The notes under the pieces are model-generated. The model did no database searches. It was not told the DNA's origin and saw nothing but the letters and a program-made list of their open reading frames with translations. From Anolis carolinensis (lineage: Eukaryota), in NCBI RefSeq assembly GCF_035594765.1, contig NC_085844.1, positions 135,966,622 through 136,030,621 on the forward strand: 64,000 nucleotides of DNA, in the 5' to 3' direction. Each line of letters begins with the position of its first letter. The stretch's first letter is position 1. Positions 50,141 through 59,513 of the stretch are shown in pieces. The position numbers were made by a program, and so were the translations under genes.

Positions 50141-50329
50141 AGCTAAAGGGTGCATGTTTTACCCTGTAGAATGCATGCACTTTTGACACCCCTTTAGCTG
50201 CCATGGCTCAATGCTGTGGAATGCTGAAAGCTGTAGTTTTACAAGGCCTTCTCTACCATGGATTGCTGAGGCCTTAGCAAAGCACAGCATTCCATGGCCA
50301 TTCCTTTTTTCTGATCTCTTTTTTCGATA

Positions 50330-50944
50330 GTGTTAGCAAGCTGGGTCAATGCAGGGAACACCATGGGTATAGCATATCTAGATTTTAGTAAGGCCTTCGA
50401 CAAGGTCCCCCATGCCCACCTGGGAAACAAACTACTTAAATGTGGGCTAGGCAAAACTACGGTTAGGTGGATCTGTAATTAGTGCTCACCCAAAGGGAAA
50501 GAAGTGACAAGTGGAGTGTCATAAGCAGGGTTCCGTCCTGGGCCCGGTTCTGTTCAACATCTTTATTAATGACTTAGATGAAGGGTTAGAAGGCACGATC
50601 ATCAAGTTTGCAGACGACACCAAACTGGGAGGGATAGAAGACAGAAGACAGGAGCAGAATTCAAAACCATCTTAACAGATTAGAGAGATGGGACGAAACT
50701 AACAAAATGAAGTTCAACAGGGACAAGTGCAAGATACTCCACTTAGGCAGAAAACATGAAATGCAAAGATACAGAATGGGGGACGCCTGGCTCGACAGCA
50801 GTACACATGAAAAAGATCTTGGAGTCCTCGTGGACAACAAGTTAAACATGAGCCTTCAATGTGATGTGCCAGCTAAAAAAGCCAATGGGATTTTGGCCTG
50901 CATAAATAGGAGTCTAGTGTCTAGATCCAGGGAAGTCCTGCTAC
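50330..50944 (+). mobile_element. CR1 LINE RT fragment, 5' part (split by the LTR)
   Basis: Degenerate RT motifs [39 protein letters not shown] and MKFNRDKCKILHLG. Confidence 0.9.
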
Positions 50945-52322
50945 TGTGATCGAGGTGACCCCCCCCCCCCCAGGACTTTGTAAAAGATAGTTCAAAAATC
51001 AAGACTTTATGTTCTATATTCCATATATTTATAGTAGAAGGTGATTGAGACTTTTTACTGGAGTTTACTGTGGTTTACTAAAACTCTCTGCACAAAAGGT
51101 GTTTGACCTTTTAGCCTGAGGCAAGAGATAACAACTTCATGAATTGTAAAATCATGCTTCTAAAACTCCACTTTTATGAATTTCCATGCTGGGTTCTCCA
51201 GATGTTATGAACTTCGTTCTTATCAAATATTTTCAATTGTTTATATCATTCATGATTCCCCTTTATGAAATGTAACTCACTTTTATGAATTCTCCCTTAT
51301 TTCCATGAAATCTATCTATCTGCCTGTATGTATTTGTACTCTTTGGAATCCCCGGAAAATATGTATTTTTCCCAGCCTGGGTTATATTCCAACTTTATTT
51401 TCTTTTTCATTTTATTTCATATAATTGTCAAATCATGAAATCAAATAGGAAATATTTTGAACTCAACATGAACCCCAGAACCTATCCCATTTCCTATGAC
51501 CCAGGCTTCCTTTCCCAAAAACAAAAGGATAATCTGCCACCGCTAAATCCAATCAAATTCAAATTGCATGGACAATATAGGGCTTGAGTCACCGAATTCG
51601 GAGTTGTTGACCTAAAGGAGATTCGCCCCAAGGCAAACATTGTCATAGCTCACCCAAAGAAATATCCAGGACACCTCAGGAAGGCGCCCTGCAGAGCCTG
51701 TCAATATGGCTCATCACCACCCATTTTTGCTTCCATCTCTGACACCCCAAGGCATATCTAAAATCTGTATACGTGACAGAAACCCGGACATCCTTGATTG
51801 CTGCCATTAATAAAATAGCACCCTTTAGAAATCAGTCTAGCAGGACTTAATCCTCTGGTTCCTGTCCCCGTCACCTCATTGTTTCGCTAACTCCCGCCTT
51901 CTCTCTCCTGATTGGCCCGAGTGGAGACGTAAGGCAGCTTCCTATTGGGCCAACGGAGCGAGGCGGGAAACGAAAGCCCGCCTCGTTCAACCTTCTAGCC
52001 TATCAACGATCAGATGGGCGGGGAAGCAGGGCGGGAAATTCAAAGGGCTGTCAGACTGAAATTTTGTATAAATATGGCTTTATTTTGATTGTATGGGACT
52101 TCTAGTAAGTCGAATGATCGCTACTAGAGTCCTCTTCAGCTGAATTGCTCAATAAAGACTCCTTGGCGGATTTTCCTTCAACTTTGGCGGACCTTCTTCA
52201 TTTCGGCTTCAGGTTGTATTGCGGCTCGTATTTTCCTTTTGGCTCCGCCAAGGTCCGTTCTCTCAGGACCGGATCGGGTCTCTCCTTAAGGGCCCCGATC
52301 CCCTAAAACGCGGTCGACAACA
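50945..52322 (+). mobile_element. Solo LTR (ERV1- or Gypsy-class), 1378 bp, inserted into a CR1
   Basis: TG...CA termini with an imperfect terminal inverted repeat (TGTGATCGA / TCGACAACA). 4-bp TSD CTAC at 50941-50944 and 52323-52326. TATAAA 52067, AATAAA 52151. The CR1 sequence resumes on both sides. Confidence 0.85.
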
Positions 52323-52326
52323 CTAC

Positions 52327-52850
52327 CCCCTCTATTGTCTTTGTCAGATCACACTGTATCCAATTCTGGCATCGCAATTGAAGGGAGATGTTGAAAAGCT
52401 GGAATGTGTCCAGAGGAGGGTGATGAAAATTATCAAGGGTCTGAAGAACAAGCCGTACGAGGAGCGAAAGAGCTGGCCATATTTAGCCAGAAGAGAAGGC
52501 TGAGAGGAGACATGATAGTCATGTATAAATATGTGAGGGGAAGTCATAGGAAAGAGGGAGCAAGCTTGTTTTCTGCTGCCCTGGAGACTAGGATGCAGAA
52601 CAACGGCTTCAAGCTACAGGAAAGGAGATTCCACCTGAACATCAGGAAGAACTTCCTCACTGTGAGAGCTGATCAGCAGTGGAACTCTCTGCCATGGAGT
52701 GTGGTGGAGGCTCCTTTTTTGGGGGCTTCTAATTTTAAGCAGAGGCTGGATGGCCATCTGTCAGGGGTGCTTTGAATGAGCTTTCCTGCTTCTTAGCAGG
52801 GGGTTGGACTGGATGGCCCATGAGGTCTCTTCCAACTCTGATTCTATTAT
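52327..52850 (+). mobile_element. CR1 LINE 3' end (continuation after the LTR)
   Basis: [39 protein letters not shown], then a CR1 3' UTR and ATTCT-type tail. Confidence 0.9.
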
Positions 52851-52929
52851 TTCATGGGGTTTTCTTATGCAAGTCATCCTCAGAGATGGTTCTGCCGGCT
52901 CCTTAAAGGTGTCCTATATACCTTGTCTC

Positions 52930-53185
52930 AGCTGTTCATTAAAATAGGGGTTGCAGCCAAGAAACGAAGATGGTTGGAAACCTTTGGAAGGGCAGCAATG
53001 AAACTAGACAGGATCATGATGTGGAAAGAATTTCCATGTGTTCCCCATTTCTATGAATGGTTGCGAAAGCTCGACAGAGAAGAAAGCAACTTGCTTGAAA
53101 TGCATTATGGAGGGCCGAAAGTGAAATAAATGGGTCCTAGAGCAAATCAGGCCTGAGCTGCTCCTGGAAGCCCCACTTTTGCGGT
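52930..53185 (+). mobile_element. RTE-clade LINE fragment
   Basis: Frameshifted GRAAMKLDRI..FPISMNGCES..NKWVLEQIRPELLLEA. Confidence 0.6.
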
Positions 53186-53189
53186 GAGC

Positions 53190-53315
53190 AAGTCCTCCAC
53201 CTGTCATATCACTTATCTTCACAAAGCCTAAAAAGTCTTCTCGTATTCCTGCAGCTTCAACATCAAAGTACCTTACTGAGACCAATAACTGTTCTGAGGT
53301 ATTCACATCCAAAGT
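53190..53315 (-). mobile_element. hAT (Tip100/ZMYM1-THAP12-like) transposase fragment
   Basis: DVNTSEQLLVSVRYFDVEAAGIREDFLGFVKISDMTGGGLA matches the D..EQL..VRY..I.EDFLGF....TG..LA signature. Confidence 0.7.
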
Positions 53316-56300
53316 TTTGCTGCTTTTCCCAAGCCCAGAAAGCACCCCAGTGCAACTCTGTACAGTGGACAGTTATACTCTGCCAGTTAAGATATGGAAT
53401 CTCAGCTGGCTGTCCATGTATTTTCATTGTGAAGTCTGCTGTTTGTAATGGTTCATTGTGCATGTAACTCCTGCGAGAGCCAAGAGGGGGAGTCAACAAC
53501 CCACTGTGGTTTGCAGTGATGGCAAATGAGTGGCTCTATGTGCTGGTCTATGACCGAAATAAATAATTTGATTTGAGTGGCTCTTAATGCACACGGAAGT
53601 CTTTTCTCCATGAGGAATGGTGTGTTTCTTATATATATGCAATATGATCTTTAATCATATAGTCTCAATTATGGATAGAGCATTCATACTTTATGGTGGG
53701 AAAATCTCCCTCGTATTGCTGGAATTTGGATACATCAGAGTGTTGTTGCATTCCAGGAGTGTAATTGTATTAAAAGGTTCACTCTCTCATAATGGAATTA
53801 TTTTCCATCTCTATGGAAACTGGGGATATTCCAGAATTTAATACCTTATATTATCTGTTTAACTTTGTGAAGGGACGCTGGACCTGTAACTTCTGTGCTA
53901 ACTAAAAGCCAGCCTGAAGACAGGAAATCACATGTGTCTGTTTTTTCTGCACAGCAGTGGCTATATTGCCAACACATTCCCAATTGTACCGAAAAGACTT
54001 TCAGACTGCAGTTACAGGCTAGATAAAATTAGCGCACGGGCGGGACAAATGTTGTGGTTGGGATGATTGCGACACGAATCACTGTCTCCAGCCTGTGCCT
54101 GGAAAAAGTCATTTGTGCTGAGCACAATGTTTCCCGCCTCAAGAAGAGGAAGAGAATGCCAAAAAAAGAGAGATGTTTTTATTTGTTATTCAAAGGGAGA
54201 CATTCCAAATCCATTCTTACATAAGAGTATTTCAAACACATCCTTCAAATGGGAAACTCCCTAAAGGGGTAGTGAAAGAAGAAGTAAAGACGGACAGCCC
54301 ACTATCCCTTTTCATTATTTTTGATCCTGATTTAAAGAACTATAAGTAGAATTGAAAGAGCTGGAAAAATAAGACAAGTAGCACCTGCTGTTCTGCTTTT
54401 CCCCAGAAAGAAGGGACTCTACAGGAAGATAATGGATGGTATGTGAAAAGAATAAACTCTACCTCCTGTAACAGACTGTCTTAGAAAAAGAAGGAATCAA
54501 TCCCTATCTGTGTCAAATCCAGAGCATTTGGTGGTAAGTGTCCCTGAATTTCAGTTGATTTCCTGCTTTGCATCAGATAGCTATCAGACAGGTATCCAGC
54601 ACAAGTGCAGTGGCATTCTGTGCCCTTTTTCACAGAATCCAGCTCCCCACTGTGTTCAGTGACAGCATATATCATAAAAGTCTGCATGGCAGTTCAGCGT
54701 AAATTTGGCATAGCAAATTTGCAGCCTGGGATTTTACAGGCGTTGCCATTCTTTGTGCACTCTTCAAAGATTTTACATTTCTACATCAATGTATGGAAAC
54801 AATTGCTATCTCAGGAGACTATTATGACAGGAATAATTCTGCAAATGATAAAACTCCCACGTTCTAAGACTGCAAATATTTCATGTTCTAAAGAGTCACA
54901 AGTGGAAAAATTATTTTATGTCTGTGTGTAATATTACATCTGTGAAAGAGGCAGATGACTTTGTGATAAAAGCTCAGTCTGGAAGCACTTCTGTGTTGTA
55001 TCAAGTTGCTTAAGGAGGATGAAAACCCAAGGCAAACGTGGAGATCATTTCCCTGTGAAATTGTCTTTCCTTAGCCACAGTGTTTTCTACAAAGTCTAGA
55101 CTATATTGTCTTCCACTGATCATTCTGCATCTGATGAAGTAGACCTAAATTTACAAAAAGTTATGCTACCAACGTCTTTCAGTTAATCTCAAAGGTGCTA
55201 CAAGATCCCTTTCTAGATAATATTCCCAATTTCTTATTAGTGCTGTTTAAGCCTGTTTCTGACCACTCAAAAAATCTATCCCATGAGGAAGGAGAGACAG
55301 GAAAGCTAGCACACAACACTTCTGTCTGGAAGCATCTTGGGAAGCATGTGAACTCTTACTGCCACTTTGCAAGAGCTTACATATCCTTACTTTCTTAGAG
55401 GGAGCTATCTGAATGGAGCCTGTACTATGGATGGAAGATGGCACTTCAGAATCAAGATAAGAATCCTGAAATCTCACATCAGGGTGAATTCATAGCTACT
55501 ATTCTCTCATTCTCCCATGTTTACACTAAACATCCATTTTACTTCTTTTACACACACTCCAGTCACACTACTCTTCCACATGCATCCAACTACTCATTGC
55601 TCCATTCATTCTGCTCCTTTTCTTCCACTGTCACTTTGGCTCTTTCTCTCTGTCCCCCTGATCCATTCTTCTCCTTGTATCTTTGCTTCAATTACCCCGT
55701 TCTCTCCAATAAGCTCTTCTCTCCACTTTACTCTAATAGTATCCCATATTCTGTGCCCATGACACTGATGTGCCTAGAAGTGTGTGTGAGTCTTTTTATA
55801 GACAAGCAGACTTTAATTTTGCATGTCTCCGCTCCAGATAAGGGACTCCAGATCTGACACATAGTTGATGTAGCTCGAAATTCACTCCAATTTCCTTTTC
55901 TTTGCTCTATTTAATCAAAACATCAAACCCCACCCAGAATTTGTAACAAAAGATGGCAAGCATGTGCTTAACATACACATGGTCATACATTTTGATCTGT
56001 GAATGTATCAATACCTACCCAAAATTGAAGAAAGCAGCTATTTCTCTAATGTCAGTGGCAAATAATATCTAATTTCTGAGTCAGAGGCAGCATAGGGATT
56101 GCTACTCATCTCCCTCCCAACTGCCAGATGGAGCTTTTAAATAGCTTACTTGGGGAGCTGAAAAAAGAACTTAACAATTGAGTTCTTAAATTCACAGAGG
56201 TGACAGGAATTAATTGTTAGATCCTTCTCTCTCTGTATTCCAGTGTAAATCCTTATCCTATATCCTTCAGCTTACACATCATGTTGGGTTAATTAATGTT

Positions 56301-56426
56301 ATGGGAATTTGAATTTAATTTGCCTTTCTTTATTTTTAAAATCTTGCACAGTTTTTGCTATAGTTGAGAGGATTAAAATGTTCTTTCCTTAAAATTACAT
56401 TTCTCTTGTTTTCCAGACATTGCACC

Positions 56427-57797
56427 ATGCATCGAACTCAGGCCTTTGTGTTTTATCTTCTCTTTGGTTTCAATCTCCCAAAAGCAAAAGGCAACTGTTA
56501 CTTTGAACGGTCCCAACAGCGGTGTGTGTGTCCATTGCTTGTGGAGACAGAATTCTACACCCTTTTCAATTGTCTCCCAGCCACCACATATGAGCTCCGA
56601 GAAGGAAATCTGGAACAATTTGCAGTCTTCTCAATAATCCAGACAAGTCCAGAACTAATAGATTACTTTAATGGATTGCAAGTAAGCAAGTTGATCTTTA
56701 CAGACCTCATAGTGCCAGAGGTTCTCTTACCAGCAGCCATGCAGTTTCTTTCCTTCTTACCTCTGGTCTCTGAACTGGAGTTTGTAAATTGTACTTTTCT
56801 TAGATCTGTTGACCAGCTTGGTATAAATAAATTTAACCTACAGGTTTCTTCTCTGCGCTTCCACAAAGTGACAGCAGCTCCCTTGGATGATAGATTTGAC
56901 ATATCTAGCCTGCAAAACTGCCTGAAGACCTTAGAAATCCTGACAGTAACAGAGTCACAAGTCACATCTATTCCTTGCAAAATTAGCACAGTGTTGAAAA
57001 CGCTGCACTTTTTAGATCTTTCAGGAAACCATTTCCAGGACCAGACTCTAAAGACATCATTCTGCAGAGGTGCTTTCTCACAACTCCAAGTGCTAAAACT
57101 GCATAGGAACAACCTGAGTTCTTACGAAACAGTATGCCAGACTCTTGCTCATCTCAACCGGCTCACTCACTTGGACCTTAGTCGGAATGACTTCCTGCCT
57201 GGACCACCTTTCTCTTCCTGTTTGTGGCCACAGTCACTACGTGTCTTCAACTTGTCCAGCACAGGATTAAAGCACATGGACAGAGCTTTGCCACCTAACA
57301 TTGAAGTATTAGATCTGAGCGCCAATCACATTTTTATTCTAGACCTCTCCATCTCTGGGCTGAAAGAGCTCTACTTGTCCAACAACAGGCTGCAGACCAT
57401 CCTCTCAATCAAGAACCTTCCAGGTTTGGAGGCCCTCAGTATAGATCAGAACCAGCTCTCCCAACTCCCTACCAAAGACCTCCTGCATTGGAAACACCTG
57501 AAGAGCTTAAGAGCTGGACTCAATCCCTACAACTGTTCCTGCAAACAAACTATCAGGGAGATCCAGGGTCTGGCCACCCACAAGGCCTTGCTGCCTGATT
57601 GGCCTCACGATTACATATGCAGGTCTCCTCCAGACTACCAGGACTACCTTTTGGATGAGGTGCCTCTCTCATTGCTGCAGTGCAACAAGGCAGCAGTGGT
57701 TAGACAGGGCTCAATAGTCTGCTTGTTGACATGTCTTCACCTGGTCCTTGGTTTGGTCTCACTACCAACATATAGAAGTCAATTTGTTGTGTTGTAA
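56427..57797 (+). CDS. CD14: Monocyte differentiation antigen CD14 (LRR protein with LRR-CT and hydrophobic C-terminal segment), 456 aa
   Basis: Acceptor ttttccag ends at 56416, then Kozak GCACCATG at 56427. Signal peptide, CD14-type N-cap [12 protein letters not shown]...NC (human CELDDEDFRCVC), multiple LxxLxLxxN repeats, LRR-CT NPYNCSC..DYICRSP..C and a hydrophobic tail. Syntenic position beside TMCO6. Confidence 0.88.
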   Translation: [456 protein letters not shown]

Positions 57798-58350
57798 ATC
57801 TGGCAGCAAAGATGAATGCTTTGGATAGGGAGGGCCGAAGCTTTGGGGAAGTGGCATACTTAATAGAGTATCTTTGTCGAAGAATATTATGTAATGATAC
57901 AGTTTAAACTATCACTGCTAGAAAATAAGAAATTTGTTTTTAAAAGAAAATGAAGATTGCTTTGTAAGACATCTGTCTAAGTACCTTTCATCATATTTTG
58001 TCCTATATAGTGAAAGCTCATGCTGTTCCGTCTCCCAGGAGTTTGATTTGCATTGCCCCATAGTAGGAAATAGCACTTGTTTGCATTTCTTCCAGGGCTG
58101 TTGCAGATTCTGCAGCACCCTGATAGTTAACCATTAGCAGAGTTTGTAGCCGGCTCAGCAAAGTCTTTGCTGCTGAAAGCTTGCAAAATATCTTTTTGTT
58201 CTGGAGACCGCCCCTTTTCCTGGGGATGAAATCTCCATTTTGAGAAGCCTTTTGCCTTCTAGACAGAAGAGAAAAGAACTCAAATGTGCTTGTGTGGTCA
58301 AGCCAGGCCAGCTCAGACAAGCCATCGTAAGTACTGACCTCTTGCCTATA

Positions 58351-58578
58351 AAACTGGTGCTGAGTTCAGATAGGGGAAGACCTGCTCTTTCCAAGATAGC
58401 AACTCAGCACTGGGCAAATAATACCCCAGGATTTCTTTGCCATTGGAAGAAGCTCTAATTGCTTCGTCTCCAAGCTAGCTTTTAGCTTAGATAGTGAAAG
58501 ACCTGCTCTTTTTGATATAGCAGCTCAGGGCTAGGGTAGAGAGGATCTCAGGATCTCTTCACCTTTGGAAGAAGTTAA
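58351..58578 (+). repeat. Two-unit diverged tandem repeat (period 121 bp), each unit with a 60-nt hairpin
   Basis: ACCTGCTCTTT at 58380 and 58501; shared AGATAG, CTCAG, CAGGAT and TTGGAAGAAG blocks. Confidence 0.8.
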
Positions 58579-59513
58579 CCCAGCAACTAAGGGGGAAAGC
58601 AAGAAAGGAGCATCTGCAAGGTTTTATAAGTTGATTGTTGTATTTGTAGCCACTACAATTTGTGCCAAGCCTGCCAAGGACTTTGAGAAAATAAAATCTT
58701 GTTTGATTGTTCAACTTGAAGTGACTTTGGTTACTGGGATTCCTGAGCTTCAAAATAAGGCCCCCGCAGTTCACCCGGGCAAAGAAAGAAGCACATCTTA
58801 AAGCTCTAAAAGGTGTCTGGGTGTGACGGCATACATGCAATAAAATATCCGCCATAAGAGCATGGGGTATTTTTACTGACAAAGACAGGTACAGCAGCAA
58901 AATCATAGTCCAGGAGCCATTCCTGTCATAACTGCACTTATTCCGTATCACTTATAGCACTGAATTTACTGTCCAAAGTCTTGGTCCCACAGCCACGTTT
59001 TTAGTTTCTTTCTAAAGGTCAAGAGGCAGGGGGATAATCTTTCCTACAGAAATGATCATATGGATGGAAGGTAGACAAAATAAGCAGCAGAAGCACTCCA
59101 AATAAAGAAAAGCCTTTGTATCTTCTGTGTTTCATTCCGTTCAAAGAAGGTGTAATATTAAGATGTGCTTCTTCAATTTAGAATATGAGATTTAATCCAC
59201 TGTATAAACTCTACAATATTTTGAGGCAAAAATATGGTGGAGGATGTTCTATTTGGTTTTCAGATTGTTTGTTCTTTGAAATGTGGGTTGGCTGTAAACA
59301 AGTAACTGAGGACCAGTGGCATCCTCAATTGAGAACATATCTGTCTCTTGATACAGGTATGGGGATAGGAGTGGGGAAGCATCAAGGCCTGGCAACCATA
59401 AGTGTCCCCCCGGCCTCCCTTCCAAAACAAGGATTCTGTCATTGATCTCATGAGGTTGTACTTTCCCACATGTACTTATCTTTGTTTCATAATGGGGATG
59501 TTTTAATGATGTG

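Noticed and set aside
50945-52322. LTR as a foamy-virus (spumavirus) LTR
   Set aside because: Length and 4-bp TSD are compatible, but the predicted R region is short (~80 nt) and no accessory ORF remnant is seen; the class cannot be settled without internal sequence.
54165-54205. RDVFICYSKGD resembles TIR box 1 upstream of CD14
   Set aside because: The following residues do not continue a TIR fold, a stop follows, and it lies on the wrong side of the ectodomain; treated as chance.
56364-56426. N-terminal 21 codons of the 477-aa track ORF
   Set aside because: Starts at TTG and crosses a polypyrimidine tract and acceptor; ATG 56427 with Kozak context and signal peptide is the better start.
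58150-58240. Minus-strand GDFIPRK..N..KTLLS resembles TIR box 2 (RDFIPGK)
   Set aside because: Opposite strand to CD14, short, and without box 1 or box 3 support.
58354-58580. Tandem hairpins as H/ACA snoRNA, vault RNA, pre-miRNA or SECIS
   Set aside because: ANANNA-like hinges exist, but there is no ACA box and the pocket distance is wrong. There is no B box or terminator for a vault RNA, the internal loop is too large for a miRNA, and there is no AUGA/GA quartet.
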